Of a stretch of 24,000 nucleotides of DNA, positions 7,830 through 16,559 are shown piece by piece (position 1 is the first letter of the stretch; the number at the start of each line of letters is the position of its first letter). Origin of the DNA: Acidimicrobiia bacterium (GTDB lineage Bacteria > Actinomycetota > Acidimicrobiia > IMCC26256 > PALSA-555). Under the pieces are notes generated by a model. It had not been told where the DNA came from. It did not search any database and was given only the letters and a program-made list of their open reading frames with translations. Location: contig JANOHN010000013.1 in NCBI GenBank assembly GCA_031406505.1, positions 2,455 to 26,454 on the forward strand. The letters run 5' to 3'. Made by a program: the position numbers and the translations under genes.

Positions 7830-9218
7830 ATGGCCAAGCCCGCTCCGTCCGACGCCGTCGCGTTCTTCGGCATGACCGGCGACCTCGCGCACAAGAAGAT
7901 CTTTCCGGCGCTCTACAACATGGCGAAGCGCGGGGAGCTGAACGTTCCGGTGATCGGCGTGGCGTCGTCGCCGTGGTCCGTCGAGCAGCTGCGCGACCGG
8001 GCGCGCGATGGGATCGAGCAGTTTGGCGGCGGGGTCGATGACGAGAAGGCGTTCGGTCACCTGGCCGAGCAGCTCGACTTCGTCTCTGGCGACTACAAGG
8101 ACCTCGCGACCTTCAAGACGCTCAAGGAGCGGCTGCGCAACGCACAGCGGCCCGCGTTCTACTTCGCCGTGCCGCCGAGCCTCTTCCCTGTCGTCACTGA
8201 GAACTTGGGCAAGGCCAACTGCGCGAAGAACGCGCGCGTCATCGTGGAAAAGCCCTTCGGTCGAGATCTCGCGTCGGCCAAGTCGTTGAACGCCGTGCTC
8301 CATTCGGTGTTCCCCGAATCGGCCATCTTCCGCATCGACCACTATCTCGGCAAGGAAGCGATCCAGAACATCCTCTACTTCCGGTTCGCCAACTCGTTCC
8401 TCGAGCCGATCTGGAATCGCAATTACGTGCGCCAGGTGCAGATCACCCTGGCCGAGGACTTTGGGGTCGACGGGCGCGGCCGCTTCTACGAGGAAGTCGG
8501 AGCGCTGCGCGACGTGGTGCAGAACCACCTGCTCCAGACCGTCGCGCTGCTGGCGATGGAGCCGCCGGTCGGTCCCGAGTCGGAAGACCTCCGCGACGCC
8601 AAGGAGAAGGTCTTCGGCGCGATGCGCAACCTCACGCGCGCGGATTTCGTGCGCGGGCAGTTCGATGGGTACCGCGAGGAGGAAGGCGTGGCCGCTGATT
8701 CCGACGTGGAGACGTACGCCGCGGTACGGGTGTTCATCGATTCGTGGCGGTGGGCCGGCGTGCCCTGGTACATCCGTGCCGGGAAGAACATGCCCGTCAC
8801 GTGCACCGAAGTTCGCGTCGAGCTGCACCGACCGCCACAACGAGTGTTCGCCGAGTACGAGGAACTGCCGCGCGACACCAACTACTTCCGGTTCCGCCTC
8901 AACCCCGAGGTGCAGCTCGCACTCGAAGCGCGCGTCAAGGTCCCCGGCGAGAGCTTCATGGGTCAGCCGATCGAGCTCGCGTTCACCGAGCACCACCCCG
9001 ACGAGATGACGGCGTACGAACGCCTCATCGGCGACGCGCTCGACGGTGAGAACCTCCTCTTCGCACGGGAGGACGGCGTTGAGGAGGCCTGGCGAGTGGT
9101 CGACGATGTGCTCGTACACCACGACCGCGCGTACCCCTACAAGGTGCACACGTGGGGTCCCGCGCAGGCCGAAGGACTCGTCAAGGATCCCGACGGCTGG
9201 CACGACCCGGTGGTGTGA
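7830..9218 (+). CDS. zwf: Glucose-6-phosphate 1-dehydrogenase (Zwf1-type, about 460 aa)
   Basis: Motifs [30 protein letters not shown]. Shine-Dalgarno AAGGAG lies 8 nt upstream of the ATG. Confidence 0.93.
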   Translation: MAKPAPSDAVAFFGMTGDLAHKKIFPALYNMAKRGELNVPVIGVASSPWSVEQLRDRARDGIEQFGGGVDDEKAFGHLAEQLDFVSGDYKDLATFKTLKERLRNAQRPAFYFAVPPSLFPVVTENLGKANCAKNARVIVEKPFGRDLASAKSLNAVLHSVFPESAIFRIDHYLGKEAIQNILYFRFANSFLEPIWNRNYVRQVQITLAEDFGVDGRGRFYEEVGALRDVVQNHLLQTVALLAMEPPVGPESEDLRDAKEKVFGAMRNLTRADFVRGQFDGYREEEGVAADSDVETYAAVRVFIDSWRWAGVPWYIRAGKNMPVTCTEVRVELHRPPQRVFAEYEELPRDTNYFRFRLNPEVQLALEARVKVPGESFMGQPIELAFTEHHPDEMTAYERLIGDALDGENLLFAREDGVEEAWRVVDDVLVHHDRAYPYKVHTWGPAQAEGLVKDPDGWHDPVV

Positions 9219-10096
9219 TCACCACCCTCGCGGTCGATCTCGGCGGCAGCAACATGCGAGTCGCCGCCGTGCGCGATGACGGATCGATCGTCGATCGCGA
9301 CGGGGCGCCGACTCCTCGCGACGCGCCGACCATCACACCGTTCCTCGATCTCGTGGCGCGGATGCGCAAGGAGCACGACGTCGATCAAGCGGTCGTCGCA
9401 GTGCCCGGTCGGGTCGACCACGTTGAAGGCCGGCTCTTGCATGCACCGAACCTGCCGCCGAGCTGGCGGGCCGAGATCACCAGGACTCTGCTCGAGGACG
9501 CACTCGACCTCCGTGTGACCCTGGCCAACGACGCCGACGTCGCCGCTGTGGGTGAGGCGTACTTCGGGGCCGGACGCGGCCACGACGACGTGCTCTACGT
9601 GACGGTCTCGACCGGGGTCGGCTCGGGAACGGTGATCGGCGGACGGGTCCTCCTCCCCCACCGTTCGGGCGGCGAGATCGGGCACACCGTGATCGACCGT
9701 CATGCCGCGCTCGGAGGGAAACCCGCAACTGTCGAGGGTCTCGGCTCGGGATCCGCGCTCGCACGCCTCGCGGCCGACCGCGGGCTCGATGCGCGCGGCC
9801 CTGAGCTCGTCGCGCTCGTACAGTCAGGCGACGCAGTCGCTCGATCCGTGTGGGAGGAAGGCATGCAAGCCGTTGGATTCGGCGTCGCCAACCTCGTGCA
9901 TGTGCTCGCGCCGACCGTCGTGGTGATCGGCGGCGGTGTCGGCCGCAACGGCGATCTCGTGCTCGCGCCGGTGCGCGTAGCCATCGACCGGTTCGGGCCA
10001 AAGGGTCCACCGCCGGCGGTGGTGTCGGCCGAGCTCGGCGACGACTCTGGCCTCATAGGCGCGGCCGCATGGCGCCGCGCGACGCATAGACCATGA
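9215..10096 (+). CDS. ROK-family sugar kinase without N-terminal HTH and without the Cys zinc motif
   Basis: Start GTG 9215 overlaps the zwf stop (GTGA). Motifs [40 protein letters not shown]. The CxCGxxGCxE position reads [11 protein letters not shown]. Confidence 0.8.
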   Translation: MITTLAVDLGGSNMRVAAVRDDGSIVDRDGAPTPRDAPTITPFLDLVARMRKEHDVDQAVVAVPGRVDHVEGRLLHAPNLPPSWRAEITRTLLEDALDLRVTLANDADVAAVGEAYFGAGRGHDDVLYVTVSTGVGSGTVIGGRVLLPHRSGGEIGHTVIDRHAALGGKPATVEGLGSGSALARLAADRGLDARGPELVALVQSGDAVARSVWEEGMQAVGFGVANLVHVLAPTVVVIGGGVGRNGDLVLAPVRVAIDRFGPKGPPPAVVSAELGDDSGLIGAAAWRRATHRP

Positions 10097-10497
10097 CCGT
10101 GGAACCCGTCCCTACCCCGAGCGCGCGCGCGGCCGGCCCGTACTCGCCCGCGTTGCGCGCCGGTGACTGGATCGTGATCTCCGGCCAGATCGGAATCGAC
10201 CCGGCAACCGGCGAGCTCGTCCCGGGCGGGATCGAAGCGCAGGCCCGTCAAGCGCTCGCCAACCTCACGGCGATCCTCGGCGACTGCGGGTGCGGGTGGG
10301 AACGCGTAGCGAAGGTCTCGTTGTTCGTCGCTGAGGAGAACCCGCAGTGGATGCAGGAAGTGAACGCCATCTATGCCGACGCGTTGGGCGACCACCGTCC
10401 GGCACGGAGCACCGTGGGCGTGGTGTGGCTGCCGATGGGCGCCGTGTTCGAGATCGAAGCCTGGGCGTACAAGCCGCAGAACCGACCGGAGGCGTAG
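10093..10497 (+). CDS. ridA: RidA/YjgF/L-PSP family enamine/imine deaminase
   Basis: ATGA overlap with the ROK stop. Motifs [19 protein letters not shown] (conserved Arg), EIEAWA. Confidence 0.85.
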   Translation: MTVEPVPTPSARAAGPYSPALRAGDWIVISGQIGIDPATGELVPGGIEAQARQALANLTAILGDCGCGWERVAKVSLFVAEENPQWMQEVNAIYADALGDHRPARSTVGVVWLPMGAVFEIEAWAYKPQNRPEA

Positions 10498-10501
10498 CCC
10501 C

Positions 10502-10912
10502 GTGAGTGACGACACGCGCGAGATCACCAAGACCGACGACGACTGGCAGAAGGACCTCACGCCCGCGCAGTACCAAGTACTGCGGCAGGCCGGCACCGAG
10601 CCGGCATTCACTGGCCAGTATTGGGACTGCCACGACGACGGGGTGTACCGGTGCGCGGCGTGCGGCGCCGAGCTCTTCGACGCCGGGACCAAGTTCGAAT
10701 CCGGCACCGGATGGCCGAGCTTCACCGAGCCGATGGTCGCCGACGCGGTCGAGCTGAAGACCGACGACTCGCACGGCATGCGCCGTACCGAAGTGGTGTG
10801 CCGCCGCTGCGGCGGGCACCTCGGCCACGTCTTCGACGACGGACCCGGCCCGAACGGTCAGCGGTTCTGCATCAACTCACTGTCGCTCGATCTCGCGCCG
10901 CGAGAGACCTGA
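10502..10912 (+). CDS. msrB: Peptide-methionine (R)-S-oxide reductase
   Basis: GTG 10502, 4 nt after the ridA stop. Two CxxC zinc pairs (CAAC, CRRC), GHLGHVF, and catalytic Cys in RFCINS (TGC codon). Confidence 0.9.
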   Translation: MSDDTREITKTDDDWQKDLTPAQYQVLRQAGTEPAFTGQYWDCHDDGVYRCAACGAELFDAGTKFESGTGWPSFTEPMVADAVELKTDDSHGMRRTEVVCRRCGGHLGHVFDDGPGPNGQRFCINSLSLDLAPRET

Positions 10913-13196
10913 GCGACTCGCGCTCCGCGAGGAACCCGACCGCCGCTTCGGGGGCGAGCGCACGGGACACCAAGTACCCCTGCACGAGGTCGCATCCGAG
11001 CTCGATCAGCGAACGGAGCTGCAGGTCGGTCTCGACGCCTTCGGCCACGACCTCGAAGCCCAGCGCGTGGGCCAGCTCGATGACCGACGCCACGATCGTG
11101 GTGTCGGGTCCTTCGCGCCCGAGGCCCGCGATGAACACCTGGTCGATCTTCACGATGTCGATGGGGAAGCGTTGAAGGTACGCGAGAGACGAGTAACCCT
11201 TCCCGAAGTCGTCGATCGCGGTACGGACGCCGAGCTCGCGAAGCGCCTCGAGCCGAGTTTGGGCCACCGCGGGGTCGTGCACGAGCACTGATTCGGTGAT
11301 CTCGAGCGTCAGGCACGCGGGATCGAAGCCAGTCGTGCTCAGCACGCGCTCCACGACCTCGAGCAGGCCGGGCTGCGTGAGCTGTCGCCCCGAAACGTTC
11401 ACCGCGAGTCGCAACGGCTCGCCCAGGCGCTCGGTCCAGCAGCGCGCCTCTCGACACGCCTGCTCGAGCACGAACGCGCCGACCACGGCGATCAGTCCGG
11501 TCTCCTCCGCGAGTGGGATGAACGTCGACGGCTCGACTGCGCCGATCGACGGGCGGTCCCACCGGGCCAACGCCTCGAAGCCGACCACCTCGCCGTTCTC
11601 GGGCCGGACTTGGGGCTGGTAGTGCACGAACATCTCGTCGCGCTCGATCGCATGGCGCAACGCCGACTCGGTGTCGAAGCGGTCCGTGGCCCAGGCGCGC
11701 ATCTCCGCGTCAAACAGCTCGTAGCGGCTACCGCCGGCTTCCTTCGCGCGGTACATCGCGACGTCGGCGTCGCGGAGCAACGTGACCGCCGTGTCTTCGG
11801 GTTGGACGCGAAAGGCGACGCCCACGCTCGCGGTGACGAACGCCTCGATCCCGTCGAGGTCGAACGGCTCGTGGAACGCGTGGACGACCCGCATCGCAAG
11901 TCGCACACCCCCGCGGGGACCCTCAAGATCCTGGGCGACAATGACGAACTCGTCACCGCCGAGTCGACCCACGGTGTCGGAGGAGCGCGCGCACTGCTCG
12001 AGCCGGCGAGCAGCTTCAACGAGCAAGCGGTCGCCGGCCTCGTGGCCAAGGCTGTCGTTCACGATCTTCACGCGGTCGAGGTCGACGTAGAGGACGGCGA
12101 GATCGTTGCCCGACCGTTGCGTGCGCAGCACCGCTTGGTTCAAGCGATCCAACAGCAGCGTGCGGTTCGGGAGACCGGTCAACGCGTCGTGCGTCGCTTC
12201 GCGCGCGAGCGCGTGCTGCACGTTCTTGAGCTCGGTCACGTCGCGGGCGATCGCCGAGCAGTACTCGAGCTCGCCATCAGGATCATTGTGGGCGATGACG
12301 ACCAACGACATCGCGGTCGCGACATCGGTGCCGATGAGCGTGGCTTCACCGCTCCACGTGCCGTGCGCACGGACCGCCGGCAGCGCAACCTTTCGAACTC
12401 GCTCCCTCGATGCCGCGTCGAACAGCTCGAAGAAGGCTCGGCCCACGGGTTCTTCCTCGTCGGAGACGCCGAGGTATCGACAGCCCACGCGATTCAAGTG
12501 GAGCAGCTCGCCGGTGGGGGCGAACACGGCGACCACGTCGGTAGCGGCTTCGAGCAGCGCGGTCAGGCGCTCGCTCGACTGGCGAGCCTCGAACTCCTCG
12601 GTGACATCCCCCGCCGCGATGAACCACCGACCCGAGACTGGGTCTTCGTCGGCCTCGCGAAGCGCCCGCACGTTGACTCGCAGCCACCGGGTCCGGCCGT
12701 CGTCGGCGGTCGATCGCACCGTGATCGTCTGGTCAACGCCGAGCTCCCAAGCCCGCATCGCGGCTTCGCGCACGACCTGGCGATCACCCTCGTGCACCAG
12801 GAAGAAGATGGTGCCGTCGCCGCCGATCGAGGAAGCGCCGCCGACCATCGCTCGCGACGCCGGGTTCGCGAACAGGACCCGGCCGTGGGCATCGATCTCG
12901 GCGATCGCGATCGGTGAGTGCTCGGTGACCGCGAGGAGACGCTCGTGCTGAGCGGCGACCCGCGACTCTGTCGTGCTGCGCAGCTCCTCGTACAAATCGG
13001 CCATCTCCGTGCCGGAGATCTCGAGTGACCGCTCCATGAGATATCGGTCGTCGTCGGCGTCGGTGTACGCCGCGCTCACCCGCCGCAGCAACGCACCCCA
13101 CGTTGCCGCGTCGGGCGGCGCATCGGCACGAAGGCCGAGACGCCGGAGCTGCTTCGCCAACAGCCCGTGCGTGGGGTCGGGCTCGGTCTGGCTCAC
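10872..13196 (-). CDS. PAS-PAS-GGDEF-EAL c-di-GMP turnover protein (both catalytic motifs intact, I-site present)
   Basis: GTG 13196 overlaps the FIST stop (GTGA). GGDEF is encoded at 11946-11960. RSSD (RxxD) at 11976-11987 lies 5 residues upstream of it. EAL is encoded at 11568-11576. [14 protein letters not shown] and QGY are also present. The 5' 99 codons of the tracked ORF are discounted. Confidence 0.87.
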   Translation of the reverse strand: MSQTEPDPTHGLLAKQLRRLGLRADAPPDAATWGALLRRVSAAYTDADDDRYLMERSLEISGTEMADLYEELRSTTESRVAAQHERLLAVTEHSPIAIAEIDAHGRVLFANPASRAMVGGASSIGGDGTIFFLVHEGDRQVVREAAMRAWELGVDQTITVRSTADDGRTRWLRVNVRALREADEDPVSGRWFIAAGDVTEEFEARQSSERLTALLEAATDVVAVFAPTGELLHLNRVGCRYLGVSDEEEPVGRAFFELFDAASRERVRKVALPAVRAHGTWSGEATLIGTDVATAMSLVVIAHNDPDGELEYCSAIARDVTELKNVQHALAREATHDALTGLPNRTLLLDRLNQAVLRTQRSGNDLAVLYVDLDRVKIVNDSLGHEAGDRLLVEAARRLEQCARSSDTVGRLGGDEFVIVAQDLEGPRGGVRLAMRVVHAFHEPFDLDGIEAFVTASVGVAFRVQPEDTAVTLLRDADVAMYRAKEAGGSRYELFDAEMRAWATDRFDTESALRHAIERDEMFVHYQPQVRPENGEVVGFEALARWDRPSIGAVEPSTFIPLAEETGLIAVVGAFVLEQACREARCWTERLGEPLRLAVNVSGRQLTQPGLLEVVERVLSTTGFDPACLTLEITESVLVHDPAVAQTRLEALRELGVRTAIDDFGKGYSSLAYLQRFPIDIVKIDQVFIAGLGREGPDTTIVASVIELAHALGFEVVAEGVETDLQLRSLIELGCDLVQGYLVSRALAPEAAVGFLAERESLRSLAARDRATVS

Positions 13197-14329
13197 GCCT
13201 CGGCGATCGTCGTGATCGTCATGGTTTGGTTGTGGAGGTCGCAGAAGCCTTCGCCGTGAGGCGCGATCTCGCCGTACGAGTAGAAGCCGACGAGCTGGGA
13301 GTCGGGCGCGAGCGCTTCCAAGGTCGCTTCGATCTCCTCCTCGGTCCGCTCGCCCAACACGAGACGACGACCGACGCAGCTGATCGCGACCGACAGCCGG
13401 GGTCCGTGGGCGTCGGCCACCTCGCTCATCGCGGCAGCTTGCATCGCGCCGTCTACGAGGCGGTCCTTGTTGGCCCGCATCAGTTGGGCGCACCAGCCCT
13501 GCGGAACGTCACCGGCGAAGGTCATGGATTGCGCGTCCTCGTCGACGCCGAGGATCGTGCGCACGGTGCGGTTGGTCCCGTCACGCGTCTCGCGAACGGC
13601 CAACGGGAACAGCAATGCCGTCGCCGGGAGGCCGCTCGCGCGGTCGCCGAGGTACTCCTTGTAGAGCTCGAGTGCGGGTCGCCCGTCGACCTCGTAGAGC
13701 ACGTTGCCGTCCGAGCGGGTGATGCGCCGCTCCGGACCGAAGATGTCCCAACCGCCGTACGAGCCGGCGCCGACCTGCACCGACAACCCCGAGAGTCCGA
13801 CCGCGGCGATCGCGCCGGTCACGGGCTCGTCGTCGGCGAGCACCCACGTGCGTTCGAAGCGCTCACCGTCTCCCGCGAGCCCACCGGTGACGACCACGTC
13901 GGAAGCGAGACCACTCGCGCAGCCGCGCACGAGCTCGCTGCCATTGACGAGCAGGCCGTCGGAGAGCACGAACACCGCGCGCAGATCGGGCGTGCTCAAC
14001 GCCGCGGCGATGCCCTGCCCGGCGGCGTACGACTCCGCTGGCCCGCTCACCCGGGCCGTGGTCGTGTCGACGCGCGCGTGCTCGAACCGCGTGATGCTCA
14101 CGACCAGCGTGCCGTCGGTGAGCTGGTCTCCGAGGATCTGCCCTGCCGTCGAGCAGCCGAGGAGCCGCGAGGTCGGGAGCGCGGCGCGGAGCTCCTTGAT
14201 CGGAATGGGATCGGCCCCGATGGCTGGATCGCCGAAGGCCAGGGCGAGCGTCGACTCGGAGTCGAGATGCCCGGGGATCGGCGCGGACCAGCCGACGTCC
14301 GGAGCCCACGAGAGCGTCTCGAGCTGCAC
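13193..14329 (-). CDS. Stand-alone FIST_N/FIST_C sensor-domain protein (NosP-like architecture)
   Basis: About 378 aa with no output domain. FIST-like features include GCSTAGQI, VTGGLAGDG, YGGW and FYSYGEI. Preferred start is GTG 14329, preceded by GGAGG (14338-14334). The alternative ATG 14374 has no Shine-Dalgarno sequence. Confidence 0.8.
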   Translation of the reverse strand: MQLETLSWAPDVGWSAPIPGHLDSESTLALAFGDPAIGADPIPIKELRAALPTSRLLGCSTAGQILGDQLTDGTLVVSITRFEHARVDTTTARVSGPAESYAAGQGIAAALSTPDLRAVFVLSDGLLVNGSELVRGCASGLASDVVVTGGLAGDGERFERTWVLADDEPVTGAIAAVGLSGLSVQVGAGSYGGWDIFGPERRITRSDGNVLYEVDGRPALELYKEYLGDRASGLPATALLFPLAVRETRDGTNRTVRTILGVDEDAQSMTFAGDVPQGWCAQLMRANKDRLVDGAMQAAAMSEVADAHGPRLSVAISCVGRRLVLGERTEEEIEATLEALAPDSQLVGFYSYGEIAPHGEGFCDLHNQTMTITTIAEA

Positions 14330-14443
14330 GATGCCTCCCCAGATCAGCCCGAACCGGGCTCGTCCCCAGGGCATCGACCGGATGACACCAGAGGTTGAGG
14401 ATCCTCAGGGAGGAGGGGATACGGCCCGGCACCAGAGCGCGGG

Positions 14444-15211
14444 TCAGCCGCTGAGGTTCGGCCCACCGTCCACTGCGAACGTCTGCCCGCTCACATACGA
14501 CGCGGCGTCGCTCGCCAAGAACAAGATCGGCCAGGCAACTTCGGTCGGCGTCCCCGACCGGCCGAGGGGAACTAGGGCGGCGATGCGTTGCTGGTCGATC
14601 TGCGCAACCTCCCACGCCGCTTCCGCTCGCTCGGAGGCAACGACTCCGACGGCCACACAGTTGCAACGGATGCCGTACTGACCCCACTCCGCCGCGGTGA
14701 CGCGGGTGAACATCTGCAAACCCGACTTGGCGGCGCTGTAGTGCGCGCCACCCTTCACACCCGTGAGCCCGGCGCCCGACGACACGTTCACGATTGCGCC
14801 CGAACGCCGCTCGATCATATGGCGCCCCACCTCGCGAGTGCACAGGAACGGACCCCGCACGTTCAGCTCGAAGATGCTGTCCCAGCCGCGCGTGGGGAGA
14901 TCCTCGAGCGGGCCCAACCGGGTGCCGCCCGCGTTGTTCACGAGGATGTCGATCTGGCCGAACTCCTCGATCGCGCGTTCGACCATCCGCACGATGTCGG
15001 CTTCCTGCTTGACGTCGGTGCGCTGCACGGCGCAACGCCGACCGGTCGCAGCGCGGATGGACGATGCGACCTCCTCCAGCTCCGCTTCGGTACGGCTGGC
15101 GATGAGGAGATCGGCACCGTGCTCGGCCAACAGCCGCGCGGTCGCGGCGCCGATGCCGGTCCCGCCACCGGTGACGACGGCGACCCGGCCGGTGAGATCC
15201 AAGGGATTCAT
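14444..15211 (-). CDS. Short-chain dehydrogenase/reductase (classical SDR, FabG-like)
   Basis: Start ATG 15211 (MNPLDLTGRVAVVTGGGTGIGAA). NNAG motif and a Ser...YSAAK catalytic set. The tracked ORF extension to 15400 runs through the tRNA-Leu gene and is discounted. Confidence 0.88.
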   Translation of the reverse strand: MNPLDLTGRVAVVTGGGTGIGAATARLLAEHGADLLIASRTEAELEEVASSIRAATGRRCAVQRTDVKQEADIVRMVERAIEEFGQIDILVNNAGGTRLGPLEDLPTRGWDSIFELNVRGPFLCTREVGRHMIERRSGAIVNVSSGAGLTGVKGGAHYSAAKSGLQMFTRVTAAEWGQYGIRCNCVAVGVVASERAEAAWEVAQIDQQRIAALVPLGRSGTPTEVAWPILFLASDAASYVSGQTFAVDGGPNLSG

Positions 15212-15234
15212 GTGAGGCCCTTTGAAGACGTCGG

Positions 15235-15318
15235 TGGGCGAGGGGGGACTTGAACCCCCACATCCTTTCGGACACAGGCACCTGAAGCCTGCGCGTCTGC
15301 CAATTCCGCCACTCGCCC
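15235..15318 (-). tRNA. tRNA-Leu (anticodon CAG), type II; CCA not encoded
   Basis: Hand-folded from the reverse complement. Acceptor GGGCGAG/CTCGCCC, D arm GCG-GAATTGGCAGA-CGC, anticodon stem CAGGC/GCCTG with loop TTCAGGT. Variable arm TCC-GAAA-GGA, T arm GGGGG-TTCAAGT-CCCCC, discriminator A. Confidence 0.9.
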
Positions 15319-15395
15319 GCTGTCGCCGAAAGGCGACGGGTGGACCGGTGATCGTACCAGTGGCCCGCGAACGGTCTCCGTGGGAGCCCTCGCCG

Positions 15396-15401
15396 TACAC
15401 T
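15396..15401 (+). promoter_or_regulatory. -10-like hexamer TACACT, 7 nt upstream of the fhaA GTG (predicted leaderless operon start)
   Basis: TACACT matches TANNNT. It is followed by 7 nt, then GTG at 15409. No Shine-Dalgarno sequence. Confidence 0.4.
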
Positions 15402-15408
15402 CTGCGCC

Positions 15409-16059
15409 GTGGGAATGCAGGGATTCGAGCGCCGGCTCGAGAAGTTGGTCGAAGGAACGTTCGGCAAGGCGTTCCGCAGTGGCCTCCAACCAGTCGAGGT
15501 CGGCCGCAAGGTCACGCGTGCCCTCGACGCCGAGCGGGCGGTTGGCGTCGACGGCGTGCCGATCGCGCCGAACAACATCGGCGTGTACTTGTCGCCGGCC
15601 GACTTTGAGCGCTTCTCCGCCTTCGCCGACGCGCTGGCTCGCGAGCTGGCCGAGGCGGCACGTGAGCATGCCCGCGACGAGGGGTACCACTTCGTCGGGC
15701 CCGTCACCGTCACGCTCGTGGCCGACGACGAGCTCCGCGGCGGCGAGTGCGACATCGCGGCGGAAGTGCACGAGGGCATGCGCGTCGGATCACTCGTGCT
15801 CCCCGATGGGCGCCGCTATCCACTCGCCGAGAAGCCCGTCGTGCTCGGTCGCATGTCCGACTGCGACATCGTCCTCGCCGACCCCCGCGCCTCCCGCCAG
15901 CACGCCGAGATCCAGCCGGTCGGCCACGGCTTCGTCCTCTCCGATTTGGGCTCGATGAACGGGACCGTGGTGAACGGCACGCCCGTCCGCGAGCACCCGC
16001 TGTCCGACGGCGACGAGATCCGCGTCGGGAGCACGGTCCTGCACTTCGAGGCGTCCTAA
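15409..16059 (+). CDS. fhaA: FhaA-like protein: DUF3662-type N-terminal domain plus C-terminal FHA domain
   Basis: N-terminus FERRLEKLVEGTFGKAF. FHA motifs GR.SDCDIVLADPRASRQHAEI and DLGSMNGTVVNG. GTG 15409 (alternative ATG 15415). Confidence 0.85.
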   Translation: MGMQGFERRLEKLVEGTFGKAFRSGLQPVEVGRKVTRALDAERAVGVDGVPIAPNNIGVYLSPADFERFSAFADALARELAEAAREHARDEGYHFVGPVTVTLVADDELRGGECDIAAEVHEGMRVGSLVLPDGRRYPLAEKPVVLGRMSDCDIVLADPRASRQHAEIQPVGHGFVLSDLGSMNGTVVNGTPVREHPLSDGDEIRVGSTVLHFEAS

Positions 16060-16067
16060 ATCCCTCC

Positions 16068-16559
16068 GTGACTCCCGTTGGCGTGGCGCCGCTCGGGGAG
16101 GCCCTGTCGCAGGACGCGCTTGACGTCCTCAAGTACGTGTTCCTCGCGCTCCTCTTCCTCTTTCTTGCCCGCGTGATGCGCGTGGTGGTACTCGAGCTGC
16201 GCGCGCCGGTGTTGGCCGGCGCTGGCTCTGCTGCACCCGCGAAGGCCGAGCCCCGCAACGCCAAGCCCGGTGCTCGGCTCCGGATCATCGAGCCCGCGGC
16301 CCGTAAGGGCGAGACCTATCCGCTCAACGAGGAGCTGACCGTCGGGCGCGGTGGCGGTTGCGGCGTCGTGATCCCCGACGACCAGTTCGTGTCGACCGTC
16401 CATGCGCGCTTGTTCCGGCGCGGCGGCGACCTCTTCGTCGAGGATCTGGGCTCACGCAACGGCACCTTCGTGAACGGCCAACAAGTGCAGGCCACGACGC
16501 GGCTGAAGCGCGGCGATCGCGTGCAGTTCGGCGAGACGGTGGGAGAGGTGCTTCGATGA
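16068..16559 (+). CDS. fhaB: FhaB/FipA-like membrane-anchored FHA-domain protein
   Basis: One TM helix (VLKYVFLALLFLFLARVM), then an FHA domain (GRGGGCGVVIPDDQFVSTVHARL, DLGSRNGTFVNG). Start GTG 16068 or 16083. The tracked start at 15747 overlaps fhaA out of frame. Confidence 0.8.
   Translation: MTPVGVAPLGEALSQDALDVLKYVFLALLFLFLARVMRVVVLELRAPVLAGAGSAAPAKAEPRNAKPGARLRIIEPAARKGETYPLNEELTVGRGGGCGVVIPDDQFVSTVHARLFRRGGDLFVEDLGSRNGTFVNGQQVQATTRLKRGDRVQFGETVGEVLR

Noticed and set aside
7602-9203. A 533-aa ORF on the minus strand opposite zwf.
   Set aside because: This is a classic high-GC antisense shadow ORF. zwf on the plus strand has all its catalytic motifs and a Shine-Dalgarno sequence, whereas the antisense product has no recognisable domain and a composition typical of reverse-frame translation.
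10502-10912. Possible selenocysteine recoding in msrB.
   Set aside because: The catalytic residue in RFCINS is an ordinary TGC Cys codon, and there is no in-frame TGA before the stop.
11610-14398. Plus-strand ORFs of 435 and 431 aa opposite the GGDEF-EAL and FIST genes.
   Set aside because: These are antisense shadow ORFs. The minus-strand products carry complete, ordered domain signatures.
14396-14407. A perfect 12-bp palindrome TGAGGATCCTCA in the gap upstream of the FIST operon, which could be an operator.
   Set aside because: A 6+6 perfect palindrome is expected several times by chance in 24 kb. I found no second copy and no adjacent regulator gene, and it cannot fold as a hairpin because it has no loop. 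It is worth remembering only if a regulator is later linked to this operon.
15235-15318. tRNA-Leu as the attachment site of an integrated element carrying the SDR, FIST and GGDEF-EAL genes.
   Set aside because: I saw no integrase, recombinase or transposase gene in the window. I did not spot a direct repeat of the tRNA 3' end, and the codon style of the flanking genes looks the same as the rest.
13863-15779. A 638-aa minus-strand ORF spanning the FIST 5' end, the SDR gene, tRNA-Leu and the fhaA 5' end.
   Set aside because: It reads straight through a well-folded tRNA gene and is out of frame with, or antisense to, four well-supported features. Its composition is extremely Arg-rich.
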